Positions 39,163 through 52,331 of a stretch of 64,000 bases of DNA are shown in pieces (position 1 is the stretch's first letter; each line of letters opens with the position of its first letter). Origin of the DNA: Owenia fusiformis (lineage: Eukaryota); assembly GCA_903813345.2 (NCBI GenBank), contig CAIIXF020000001.1:25234001-25298000 (forward strand). Reading direction: 5' to 3'. The notes under the pieces are model-generated. The model saw only the letters and a program-made list of their open reading frames with translations. It did no database searches and was not told the origin of the DNA. The position numbers and the translations under genes were made by a program.

Positions 39163-39497
39163 CTAGGAGCCCTGGCCCTGTGTCTAGTATTCAGTCAGTG
39201 AAACCCCTGCTCTAGCTAACCATCCCATTAAAAAAAATCAGGGTGATCAACTTTGGCCAAAAATCACTTGAACTGAGTTCTAAATTGTTGAAAAACTGCA
39301 TGATTTTGAATGAATTTTTGTCCAGGCCGGTCTGAGGGGGGGTGATGCACACGTGGTTCACGTCATGTCTGGCTTTTGAATGGTTTATCTGTAAAGTGCA
39401 ACATCTACGTTATTTTGAACAAACAGATTGCCTTACAAAGGTAAAATATATAAAAGATAGTCCACTAGTATAGACAACTAGGCCTACATATACTCAC

Positions 39498-39545
39498 TTT
39501 TCTGCTTGACAATTCCCGCTTCCTTCACTTCCGTTAATTTCAACC
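39498..39545 (-). promoter_or_regulatory. Candidate non-coding first exon / transcription start region of the HECT gene
   Basis: The HECT ATG exon is preceded by an acceptor (ttttacag|acATG, AG at 36168-36167), so an upstream UTR exon is likely. A strong donor AAAA|GTGAGTA lies at 39497, just inside the right arm. Confidence 0.5.
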
Positions 39546-40142
39546 GTGACACGCCACATAAAGTTTTCCTTTACAGAAGACTTTTAAAAAATTTCAGACT
39601 TATCTAAAAATCTGAACTGACTTATGAATTTCCAAAATCAGTTTTGCAAAAAAAAATTGCAAAAATATTTCTAAAAAATTATTATAATTTCTATAAATCA
39701 TTTTACATTTACATATTTGATTTTTGAAATCCTAAAATAGAGTCTAAAGTTTTAAGGATTTTCTAAAAGTGTTTTTAAATCTTTAAATTGATTTTTAAAT
39801 CAATTTATTTAATTTTTTTATATATATTTTGAAATTAAAAAATTAAATTTTCAAATTACAAAAGTTACTTCAATTTTTATTAAAGTTTTTGAATTTTAAA
39901 TAAGTGTTTTGCGAGTTTTCAAAAGTTATTTATGATTTTAAAAAACTATTTACATTTTTATTTAAGTTTTTAAATTTTCAATAAGTATTATGTGAGTTTT
40001 TATAAGTTAATTATGATTTTAAAAAACTATTTTTATTTTTATTAAAGTTTTTAAATTTTCAATAAGTATTTTGTGAGTTTTTAAAAGTTAATTATGATTT
40101 TCAAAAATAGAAATGAAAAAATGTCCCTTTTAAAGCTTCGTA
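39545..40142 (-). repeat. Right terminal inverted arm of the IS3EU-type element
   Basis: Reverse complement gives the same 22-bp TIR, about three related AT-rich subterminal units (39860-40110) and AAGTCTTCTGTAAAGGA..ATGTGGCGTGTCA at the inner end. Confidence 0.85.
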
Positions 40143-40912
40143 GTAAAGTGGTTATTCGGTCCTCCGAAAAACACATTGAGAATGGAGGGGTCACTGCAAG
40201 TCAAATCAATAAATTATTAATCACTCCAGTTTCATAAAAACAGCATATTAAAAATATTCTAAATCTTTAGGCCTCTGATTGAAAAAAACACAAGAGATGC
40301 AATTTGACTTTTACGAAATACTTTTAGACTCTAGCTGTGTTGTTCTCTTGTAGTCTTAACTGCGTAAAACAATTAAAGATGTACTAAACCCTTTATCCTG
40401 ATTATATCCAGCTTGCCTTACAGTATGAAGGCCACACTTTATGATGGGGAACCACCACCACTTCCATAGTGCATTTTACCATGTTATCGGGGACTTAAAG
40501 TCAGCAGGTGCGGCAACACTGATTTCATTTTCAGAGCAAAATATTTACGTCACATTATTCTGGATCTGCCATTCTATTACATCTTTAAATACCGTTTTCT
40601 ATACGTAAATACTTTTTGAGAATATAAAGACATTTTTAATTACATGTAAGATACCCATATGCCAAGTTTAGATAATGGTACTAATGGTGCCATCTCTTGT
40701 TTATGTGTTCTGTTTTTATCTTGTCAACGTCTATAGAAAGAGATACTGCAAATAAGAGGCGATTAATAACAACTTTTAGACAAATGTGAAGTGAGTGCGG
40801 ATCAATATATTTAAATTGTATATGATAACGAGGGGTGATCAATAAGATTGCACATTATATTTACACCACAACCATGCTATACTTCAATGACACGATCAAT
40901 GTGCTTCCATGA

Positions 40913-43900
40913 TAGACAGGTTCCAATTCAAATAATTCAAGTTTTTGAGGCATTTTTTAGAAAAAGCAACAGACCTATTTTTACTAGATCAGTTTTTCAT
41001 GCTGATAAAGATATTAAAAGATGACAGCTCAACGGGGTGGTCACGACACTAAATTTTGGCATTTTTACCCCCCTAGGAAAATATTCTAGGGGGTACTATG
41101 AAACTAGTTCATAACTCAAAGGATATGTGAGCTATTGTTCTGAGTTGTACACCATACATTGCTAGTACAAATATGAATACTATCCTAAAGTTATGGGTTG
41201 ATACCCTTATTGGTCTCAGAAAAATATAAAAAACAGGAAAAAGATACGCAATTTTTGTCTTGCCAATTTTATATTTGTAGCTTCAAGCACAATATGAGAG
41301 CTTTAACAGCTCAAAGTAGTATTTTAAAAACATTTCCAAGCTATGTGTGGTATTGTAATACATCTATTTTAGTTATGAAGTACTATTTTGTAATTTTAAT
41401 ATGACTTTATAGTGCCCTACCCCTGGAAAATTGAAGAAAGTGAATGTGGTGAATTTTATCATTTTGCAGCATTAAGTTAGAAACATGTATTGATAGACAC
41501 CAAATCAATAAATTCATACCATCATCAAATGTTAGGTGACATTCTAATTCATTTATTACTAGAATATAGGACTTAAGATATTTTATATGTAAGTTTTCAA
41601 TTAAGTACATGTATCATAATGAAATCTAGTGTAATCACATACTAGAGAGGTTGGCATACAGTCTGGACATTGACATAAAGTCTAAACATTATAATCATCA
41701 ATTGATCTCATTTGAGCAACTAGACTATGGTGGTCATCATGCACAAGTAATGTACAGTAGAACCTGCTAAGTGGAACACCTCTGTAAGTGGAACACCTCC
41801 TAAGTGGAACGCCTTTTCAAAGTCCCGTTTTAAAAACCCATTGACTTAATGTTAATTGAACCTCTGTAAGTGGAACACCTCCAAACTTGAACAGTGAACA
41901 CCCCATATTGAAAAATTAACCTGCTAAGTGGAACAGTCAATTTCCATAGATTTCAATATTGATATATGTAAACAGAATTAATCTCCCTCAATGATATCTG
42001 GGTATGAAAACAGGTATTACTGTGATAATTGGCAAATTAGGATTTAAATGGATTAACCTCCTGTAGAGGTCAACATGTGATGCAACCAACAATTAATTTG
42101 ATAATCAGCAAATTAGGATTTCATAAGATTTTCATTCAGAAAATTGGATTAACCTCCTGTAGAACTGGACACGTGATGCTACCACTAATTAATATCCCTT
42201 GCTGTTTGTTTCAAACTTAATAAGTAAGATTAAAAATGTCATTTAAAAACAATTGAATTATTAGCAGTAGGAACAAGTCTTTAAAACTTAATTGCCTAAT
42301 CCTTGTACCTGAGACTGGCACAATTAGGAGGATTAAGAATGTCAGAAAACATTTTTGGCAGAATGAGGAGGATTAAGAATGTCAGATACCTTTTTGAGTA
42401 AAATAAATGGATTATTAATGGTATATACCTGCCCTGTAATGAAGGGAGAATCATATTTCCAATGATACATATAAATCCTATATTTGATCTTGTATGTTCC
42501 CTGCGAACCCAAAACCTCCGTAAGTGGAACACCTTCTAAGTGGAACGCTTTGTGGCAGAATGGAGTGTTCCACTTACACAGGTTCTACTGTATTTACATA
42601 ATAATGTTATAAAGGAGCATGTAGGTTATCGCAAACAACTTCAGACAATTCTAACTTGAATTATGAATATTTTCTGACCATGAACATGGGTATATCTTTT
42701 AGATCTATTCATTATCTTCAAGAAAAGTAGATATAATGATTAATCAGACCTAAGTGATATTAAAGGGAATGGCCCAATCAACATACTTTTTACTAAAAAT
42801 GGTGACCTAATTTTCACCAAAGATGCAACCTTTAATTATATTGTTGAATGCATAATTAGAATATGCTTTGAGACATGTTCTATTTCCTAAGAGGAAAAGT
42901 GGATTGCTCCTGGGACTTTAAAGACACTGAATTTGGATGACCAAAATGAACTGAAACCAATGGATAGCATGAATTATTTCAAAGGGGAAATAACATGGGG
43001 AACACTAATCTTAGGGGAATTCAGTTTTCTTTTCAAGAGCTATTTGATACATTAAAATAAAGAAAAGTAATGCATTAAACATTAATAAAATGATAGCATT
43101 TTTGGTGAAAATGAGGTCAACAACTTTGAAAAAATATATTGATGGGTTGATTGCTAGTGAAATATCTCCGAGTCCGATTGACTTTATTATCCCTGTATAC
43201 CCTGACTTCATGGTCAGAAAATAGTCATAATCAAAGATATAACTGTCTGAAATTGTTTGTGATAACTTACCTGAACCTTTCCAGGTCAAATCAGGAGTGA
43301 CAAAATTATTTCCACCAAATTTTTGACATGTCTTCAAATACGATAATATTTTCTTCATAAGATAGAGTGTCACTTGTGAAATTTATTGATTGACCTGAGA
43401 TCGTACCATATCTTTATGACATAGAAGCGAAATAGCCATATTTAATTTTAATGATGTTTGTTTAATTGTTGTTTGCCACTTTTCGACAATTGTCAAAATT
43501 TGGGGGTTTTGGGGGAGGGGTACAATTAGGTTAAAAAATTCACCTGATTCAGACTATCCTTAAATGAGCACTGATTCACCCGAGAGCATAACTTTTTCAA
43601 AACATGTAAGTGTTTCATCATCATTGTCCAAATCGTATGCCATATTTGTTGAGATATATGAATGTTCATTATTAAAATCTTGGCTTCATTTGCAGTTGGA
43701 AAGGATTCGGCATTAGGTGTTATAAGTCCCAGAGCACGATAAATAAAAAAATAACAACAAAATGACATAGAACTGATAGATGTTTTCTCCTGTGCGTGTC
43801 AGCCTTGGTCTACCAAATTGCTATTCAGTAGGAAGAAACTCATTTTTCAGTTTCCATTTTAATTTCCTGACAAATAGGGCGATCATCCCAGGATTTTTTC

Positions 43901-44975
43901 TATGATCTATGTGTCGCCATAGCAACTTCTGTTTTAGAGAACAATAGAACAATAGAAAAGATTACTTTACCATAATTTTAATCATCCCACATTGTAGACA
44001 TATTTAGAATTAAAAATATGAAGAGAATGACAAAACCCCTTAAAACACATTTCTTAGGAAACAAATAGTGTCATATTCTTGTTACTATGGCAACAGAGTT
44101 TTTTCTTTTTGTCATTTTTGTCATACAGATTACCTATCATACCAGGACCAAATCCTGAAAATTTGAATTCAGTATCTTCATTAGTATCTTAGATATATAG
44201 GTTTATTATAGTGTCCCCTGCAGATTTTATCGGATTATATAAGGAAAATGCTCTGAAGAGGGTTGCCCAAGGATGCCACTTAACAGTTCTGGTATTTTTG
44301 AGGTCCCAACCCTCTATTCATGGGAATAGTTAACCATTGTAAAGCTACTCATGGTTAACTGACAGAATTGATTGTATCTTCAACTAAGAAGACAATAAAA
44401 TGTTAAAACCAGAAGAAAACCACACCAACTTTCTTCTATTTACCAGGGGTAGGGCACTATAAAGTCATATTAAAATTACAAAATAGTACTTCATCACTAT
44501 AATAGATGTATTACAATATCACACATACCTTGGGAATGTTGTTAGAATACTACTTTGAGCTGTTTAAGTTATCATATTTTGCTTGAAGCTACAAATATAA
44601 AATAAGCAAGAAAAAATGACAAAAATTGCATATTTTTTTCTAATTAATTGTATTTTTCCGAAACCAACAAAGATATCAACCTATAACTTTAGGGTAGTAT
44701 TCATCTCTGTACTAACAATGTATGCTGTAGAACTTAGAACAATGGTTTATATATCCTTTGAGTTATGAACTAATATTATAGTACCCCCTAAAATAATTTC
44801 ACAGGGGGGTTAAAAACGCTAAAATTCAGTGTTGTGACCACCCCGTTGAGCTGTCATCTTTTAATATCTTTATCAGCATGAAAAACTGATCCAGAAAAAA
44901 TAGGTCTGTTGCTTTTTCTAAAAAATGCCTCAAAAACCCTATCCCTTGAGATATTCTGAAATTGGAACCTGTCTA
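40913..44975. mobile_element. Academ-like non-autonomous element with about 520-bp TIRs
   Basis: TAGACAGGTTCCAATT ... AATTGGAACCTGTCTA. Arms 40913-41427 and 44440-44975 are inverted copies, with TGA on both flanks. TAG..CTA ends, long TIRs and a 3-bp TSD fit Academ; an alternative reading is AG..CT ends with a 5-bp TSD ATGAT. Confidence 0.8.
41755..42590. mobile_element. pogo/Tigger-like MITE nested in the Academ-like element
   Basis: TA|CAGTAGAACCTG..TAAGTGGAACAC ... GTGTTCCACTTACACAGGTTCTACTG|TA with multiple TAAGTGGAAC subterminal repeats. Confidence 0.85.
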
Positions 44976-45509
44976 TGATACATAATTGTTTAGATTACAG
45001 GAAGAAAAGAAGATAGAGACGAATTGAGATTAAATTTAAAAATGTCATAATTTTGCAATACATTTTACCTGAGACTAACATAAAATTTCACGTTTGTCTC
45101 AGATTTTACTCAAAGAAGGGATGTCGTCTCTATTTTCAATGTATTTTGAGATTTATGCATCTTAAAAACTTCAGATTCAAAATAAGTATTGTGAAATTGT
45201 GACAGTTTTCGACTCTATTTGCTTACATGTTTCAATTTTTTTCAGAAAATAAAATTAGGATTTCAAAATGTCTGCCATCAGGACCTGTGAACATTTCGTC
45301 CAGGGTCTATCATCCTACATCAGTCCGCTCAATAAATACTGAATCAAGTCAAGCAACATTGATAAATCGTGAGTGTACAACAATGTATTTGAATAATTTC
45401 GCTAAGAATAGTTACTGTTGTATTTGGTGTATTGTTAGGTAAAGATGCAACCTGCGGTGCCAACTTCAAAAGCTTATCGTTGATTACAATCCATGATTTA
45501 CTCATATAT

Positions 45510-45883
45510 TCACGCGGTCCTAACTTCGACCGTTAATTTTAATTTTTGACCTACCAGGTGCTTGAAAATCAAGGATTGCGAGTCTCATACTGCACCGTTT
45601 TTCTTCAAACGTATACCATTAAAAGCCTTTATCGTAAAGAGTCCCTCGTTCTAGCAGCGTTTTGGTCCCCAGCTGTTAGAAGGACTTCCTACAGCTGGAG
45701 ACCAAAATGCCGCTGGAAGTAGGGACTCTGTTGAAAAGAATAGTGTACCAAAGGGATTTGTGTTATGCTTTGAATGGAACAAGTTTGAAGAAAAACGGTG
45801 CAGTATGAGACTCGTAATCCTTGATTTTCAAACATCCGGTAGGTCAAAAATTCAAATTAACGGTCGAAGTTAGGACCGCGTGA
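45510..45883. mobile_element. Foldback MITE (about 185-bp arms, almost no spacer)
   Basis: TCACGCGGTCCTAACTTCGACCGTTAATTT ... AAATTAACGGTCGAAGTTAGGACCGCGTGA. Pairing continues to the centre near 45680; TAT on both flanks. Confidence 0.85.
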
Positions 45884-48800
45884 TATTACTACGCATATAC
45901 AAGGAGGATTGGCTCCCAGAGTGCACCACCGATATTCTGTCCCATATATGGGTATGTCGTAATACAAAATTCGAATTCAAACAGCCGCCATTTTGTTCAC
46001 TTCAACATTTAAATCGTGAATTTTGGTCTTATTTCCAAACGGAAAATTCCAAAACTCACAAGAAATGATCGAGATATTGGTTCGAATCTTTTGAACTGTT
46101 TATTTTGAATTTATAGTCGGTTTTAATTTCAGAAAATAACGACATTTCGACGTTTTCATTGTTGGAAAATATCGAGTTTCGATCCTGGGAGCCAATCCTC
46201 CTTGACGCATATACAAATAAAATAATCCGTTGATCGGAAGTGACGTCAATATAATGCCTGGGTGTGTTCGTGGCGGACATTTTAAAATATAGGCCGATTT
46301 AAAGATTGGAGTGTATATCAATGCAATTTCTGACAGCCGCTTCTTTTTTGGCTTTGAGAAAACGTTTAGGCCGGTTTTAGAAATTTGTGCGTGGCCGTGC
46401 GGCGTTTTTCGACTTTTCGACTTGACCACTAGAAAAGAAAGCATAACTTGAATCAAAATTTACACATTTAGACATACAATACACCTGTCATTGTCTTTTT
46501 AATTGTTCCAAATATTTCCGCTCTCAACATTATGTATGCCTTCCTGAAACTTTTGGGTCTCTTCACGAGTCAATATTCAATTTACTAACAAATAAGATAC
46601 AATTGAGAATTTATTTAAGGATTCAGTACCGGGTCTATTTTCACCTCTGTTTGCGCAGGTTTTACTTCTGGTTTTAAAAACTTTAATTTGTTTTGATATA
46701 CAATGCGTATTCAACCTAACATTATAATGAAGGTCCATTTTTAAATAGTCACGAAGATTTCACGATTTTTTAATTCTAAAAAGAATAATAAGAATTCCAA
46801 AAGCTTTTTTGAGTTAACGAGTCATATTCCGTCCTTAAAGAAAAAAGTGAAAATTTGTTTTATTTGATTTCAAAATCATATACATGGACAGAACTATTGA
46901 AACTTTATACTCTTTAATTGTTATGACAGTTGGTTCAGATCTACTTTTTAAATAGAATATACATGAGTGTGTCTATTTTTGAGCCACTCTGTATATCTGA
47001 TACAATTACTATGACCTTATTTATCGCCCCTCGTATACGGCTCTTTATACTTATAGTTTAGAGTTCATCATAGAACAAGTCGTCATTAGATACAAGTACG
47101 AGAGAGCCGTCAAACATTTACGCAAGAGCATATACTGGTAAGTAAGACGTTTAAAATGTAACAATATATAGTTTTATGTATTTAAAATTGACAACTTTTA
47201 CCCAATAGTGAAAACAGTGATTATCAAGGAATCTGCAGTAACAAGGGACTACCATATAGGGGCAAATTTACGATAATTGATATTTCCGAAACCTGTTGTT
47301 CTAATAAAGCCTGCGTCATGTGTGTTGATATCAACGACATTTGATGTGTGCTATTTTGATGTCATCACAACTTGTTATCATAATCATGCGATACATATTA
47401 AAATATTGCTAATTATTTCTCAAAACAGCTAAAATTAAACTTTTAAACAAAAAAAACAAAGTTTTGTTTTGTTTGTGGTAATACAAACCCGGATAACAGC
47501 ACAATCATACAATGTTTTGATTTCTGAGCGGGCTGTATTTGATTTTAGCTATTGTTTGCGATCATATTGCACAATATAAGTACATGTAAAGTATTTATCA
47601 CAAAGTAAGATAATTCTATCTTGCTGCTCAAGCAGGCCTCTAATACAATATTCCTTTGATAGTCCTTGTGTGTATATATAATTTAGTTTGATAAATGAGA
47701 CATCGAATATATATCATTGATTGTTGTGCTTATTTTGATAATATTGTTGATTGCATCAAATGTCACTACTACTGTATGTCTTACTTTTCTTATATGTGTA
47801 TTGAGGGGAGAATCAGATCTCATCGTCGGTTCCCACGCTCAATCCCTACGTTCTATCTCGTGAGGACAGGTTCGAAGCTTATTGAAGCAAGATGATCAGA
47901 TCTAGCGAGTATTTTAAAAACAATTCCCCCCATTCAATATGTTAATCACTACAACAATTTATAACACATCGCGGATAGAATTTGTTTACTTCTTTTTGCC
48001 TTTCCAAAATTGAATATATATACTGGTATTCATTAATTTCGTTATAGCTCTGCCTCACAAGTTTTGTGAAGTTTTGACAAGTTTTTCCACAAGTTTTGAA
48101 CAGCTTGATTAACTTCATTACAGAGCAGCTTTAATAGTCTCAGGTACAATTCATGGCACGCGTAAGTCCAAATTATTCAAATGTCTAAATTGGAAAACAT
48201 TGACAGAAATTAAGAAAAACAATGTACATACTAGTACTGTACAGATTCAAAGTCCGGTAATATTTGACCCCTTCTTAAGTTATTTCATGAAAAACTGTTA
48301 AATCCTGGTGTAGAAAGAGAGCTTCGTTCCAGAATAGAATTATTTATGTTCTGAAATAAATCTGAAATCGCCAGCAATAATCAGAGATAGCGAGCAGGCT
48401 AAACAAAAAATTGTTTCAATTTTAGAATATTTTTGGCTCATTTCATTCCTTGTCATGTCTATTTTCTAAAAATCACAAAAGTGCATACTTTATTCAAGGA
48501 AAACGAAAGATTTTTACAATAATGTATTATTTTTCTATAAGAATGGTTACCATTCTTATTATTTGGGAGAATTTAAACATTTTTCACTCATTTTTGCACT
48601 TTGAATCATTAATAACTTCACCAATTTATAACATATTGTGAATCTTTTGGGAGATATTGTATTTGATATGGTAAGGAATAGATTGGTAGGTCAATTATGC
48701 ACGTTGCTTGTAATTTTGTCACCCCCTGTAGATCTGATTCTGCCTTTAATGTCAATCTCAAAATGGTCTAAACTCTCCGCCGAAATAAAAAACTCGCCAA

Positions 48801-49530
48801 CTTTGCCAATTTACAAGAATAGCTATATTGTATTGTGTGTATGTATATATTAATTGCCCTTTATATAAAGAAAATCATATTGTATTACATAATAATAAAT
48901 ATAAATTCCATAATAAAATTACATTAACCAAAAATCTTAATTTTAAAAAAGATATTCAGAAATAAAATTCAACAAAATGAGAATACTCCTGACCCTTCTT
49001 GCCCTTGTGGAAACAGAGATCAAAATAAGTTACACCTTTTCCTCGACTGACCGCTGAGCATAGAAATAAATACATACAAGGCATCCTAAAACTATGTAAT
49101 TTCAATATCATGTATTATTTTGGTAAGACAGTTTTATACTTTTTTGGGGGATAGGAATCCAAGCAATGAACAGAATTCTAAATGTCTTCAATTACGCTCT
49201 ATCGACATTGATAATGTTTTACAATGACCCATTTAAATCAACTCACATCGTATCATCTTTCACTAACATTCATATTCATAAACAGAACTATGGGCTAAAC
49301 CTGGTGGCTGGCAGTCGGCAGCAGTCACCCACATTTGGTATAAATTATATTACCATGTATACTTTCAAACCAGAGAGGAACCAATAATGCGTAAAGCCTC
49401 GTCCCTCCAAAATAATGTATGAATTTATGTATAATTTATCATGCAAATAACAATTAACATCGCGGATTGGGTGATATTGTATTTGAGATTGTACCAATTG
49501 TTCGCAATTATTGCACGAATCGTTTATCAT

Positions 49531-50438
49531 GCACGGACCTGGGGACAATTCGGGAAATACGGGCTGATCTCAGCTTTGAGAGTTAATTTTTGCCTTATTT
49601 AAAAAGCTAACTAGTTGTTTTATATATCATTTTGAGGTATTTTTTATTCGCATTTCAATAAAATTATTTTTCCTTCAAAATGTTGATGGGATCCAATATA
49701 TTTTTAAAGTTAAATATACCCCGACATCGTCAAATACGCTGTAAGACGTAACACTTTACGCTTACAGGGCTCGTTGAAAAAATGATCAAAATACCACTAA
49801 AATTTCACAATTTATTCAATGGAGCATGCATTTATGACGTCACAATTACTCAACGGCTACAGTTCAAATTGTCATATATGAACGCTTTTAAAAGTTTCAA
49901 AATTGTGTAGCCTAAGGTTTTGAAGGCGAATGGGACGAGCAATAGGGTTACCTTCATTTTACCTTCTAATTTAGGTCTGATTTGAAAGAAAAATTAACTG
50001 CATAATATTGTCATGGCGTTTACAAAACAATAACCAGTTTGTTTATTTTGCAAATAATATTAAAATAAGAGCTGGTTTTCGAGACTTGAAAATAATGTGA
50101 CGCATCGATTTTTTACCACAAATTCAATACATATCAATTTTTACTAACGCCCCAAGTGGATTTCTTGACCGTTTTTCAAAATTCAAAAACATTTTAGAAA
50201 TATTGTCCTCGAGATCTTGCTACCCTGTGAATTTTGTCATGATTAGATAAGAATAAAGTATTTTATATTTAGGTTGACTAAACTTGAAATAATGTTACGC
50301 TTGTGGTTTTTGACGTTTTAAGGCTGTTTGCGCCCTATACTGCTCATTGTTTTGTTCTGATCTTTGACGCCATAATGTTACGCTAATGTTTTGATCTTTG
50401 ACGCCATAATGTTACGCTAATTGTCCCCAGTTTCGTGC
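49531..50438. mobile_element. Putative non-autonomous DNA element with 20-bp imperfect TIRs
   Basis: GCACGGACCTGGGGACAATT vs AATTGTCCCCAGTTTCGTGC (18 of 20). Internal 30-bp tandem duplication at 50358-50421. No TSD seen. Confidence 0.55.
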
Positions 50439-51267
50439 TACGTGTCTACCTGATTAGATTGGCTGCCTTTAAGTTTGACAATACAACGAGAAAATTGCAC
50501 TGATAATTCGGACAAATGATAACCTTTGGATTAATAACTTGCACGAACCTAAAATGTGATTCATCGGCCCTTTACCTATCTTCAAATACAGCAACATGTT
50601 TTTCTCGTAGAAAAATCGTAGGATTTAATAAAAACTTAATAAAAATCTAGTATTGAAATACTCTTTGACCAAAAGGGAAAACGACTACAAAATAAAATTT
50701 TGAAGAGAGCTGGGTAAGGTAAAAGTTCTAGGAAATGACGAGTGATTGGTCAACGCAGATTTAGATTTAGATATTTATTCCTCTTCACCCAATTTAGTGG
50801 CAAGTGCACTATTAGAACAGGCAATGTTATCTATTAATCCAATGGGCGGGCCACCGTACGAATTTGAACTTATATATTTCTCAAGATTTCAGAAAATCAA
50901 CCACGCATATGTTCAAGAACAATATGTCCTCTACCTCTGTTAAAATTTGTAAAGATTTAGTCACAGAAACCAAAAGTTCTGACCTGCTGTTCCCGCCATC
51001 TATTCAAATTCCTTAGAAATTGGCGTATGCATCTGGTCAACCAGTACATGTCACAATGTTCCGATATTCTTAAAACATGTTCATTTCTAATGATTATTTT
51101 TTATCATAATACATTGTTATATTAGGATTTAGTTACGTGCGAGATGTTGATACCGTAAAAATGATTTAACATAAAATAAGAAGTAGTGTTCCATGTTTAT
51201 TTAATGTTCAGGATTAATCCTACTCTACGACGATGATTATGTTGATTGCATCCTTGTTCTCAACATA

Positions 51268-52331
51268 CGAGGGGTGATCAGGAATTTCTGGACCGATGGC
51301 TCTATTTTTGACATTTTTTATCCTTTCTTACTGATTTTTTCACATGATATAACCCAAATATATAGGATCACATCCTGAAAATTTCATTGTTCTATGACAT
51401 CATTATCCAATTATTTTTGTTACCATGGTAACTGGTGACGTGGCAAGGTGGAGCTCAGAAAAAATACCAAATTTGAAAAACAACAGTAATTTTATATGAT
51501 GTTTGGACACTGTATTCATTGCTGAATATGTGACATACTATATAGGTTGTATCATTTCATTAAGTATATTCATTAATGTTCATCTATTAGTAACTGTCAT
51601 TATTCTCCCATCAATTCTTATCCTTCAAAGTAGTTACCAGTACTTTGTAAGTATTTGTTATGCCTTTTCAGCCAGTCCTGAAAGACGTGATTCAGACTGT
51701 CTTTGCCTACTTTGTAACATTGGTGTGTGAATTCCTGAATGATCTCATTACTGTCCTCAAAGTGGATACCTCATAATTTGGTCTTCACTGTTGGGAAAAG
51801 ATAAAAATCACAGCCAGCTAAGTCTGGGGAATTTGGTGCCTGTGGTACACGGCCACAGCCGATGGAAACAATCACACTTTGTAGGCAAAGACGGCAATTA
51901 TCACGTCTTTCAGGAATGGTAGAAAAGGCATAACAAATGCTCACAAAATGCTGGTAACTACTTTGGAGGATTAATAATTGATGGAAGAATAATGAAAGTT
52001 ACTATGAACATTAATGAATATACTTAATGATATAATACAACCTATTTCATGTCAGTATGTTTGTAACATACTCAGCAATGAATACAGTGTCAAAAAATGG
52101 CATATTAAACTACTGTTGATTTTTCAAATTTGGTATTTTTCTGAGATCCACCTTGTCGCGTCACCGATTACCATTGTAACAAAAATAGAAGGATAATGAT
52201 TTCATAGAACAGTGAAATCTTCATGGTGTGATCCTATATATTTGAGTTATATTGTGTGAAAAAATCACTTAGAACGGATAAAAAATAGCAAAAATAGAGC
52301 CAACGGTCCAGAAATTCCTGATCACCCCTCG
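51268..52331. mobile_element. Mariner-type foldback MITE with about 400-bp TIRs
   Basis: TA|CGAGGGGTGATCAGGAATTTCTGGACCG ... CGGTCCAGAAATTCCTGATCACCCCTCG|TA. The arms stay alignable to about 51690 and 51915. Confidence 0.88.

Larger units (their letters stand above)
16766..40142 (+). mobile_element. Full-length IS3EU-type DNA transposon (23,377 bp) carrying a transposase and a HECT E3 ligase gene
   Basis: Left end TACGAAGCTTTAAAAGGGACAT at 16766 and its perfect reverse complement ending at 40142. Identical flanking hexamer GTAAAG at 16760-16765 and 40143-40148. TAY..RTA termini, a 6-bp TSD and this integrase type fit the IS3EU superfamily as I know it. Confidence 0.92.

Noticed and set aside
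42600-44440. Coding capacity inside the Academ-like element
   Set aside because: Only short ORFs with no recognisable transposase motifs.
48740-49060. Possible LINE tail fragments (WSKLSAEIKNSPTL; PDPSCPCGN)
   Set aside because: Too short and decayed to delimit.
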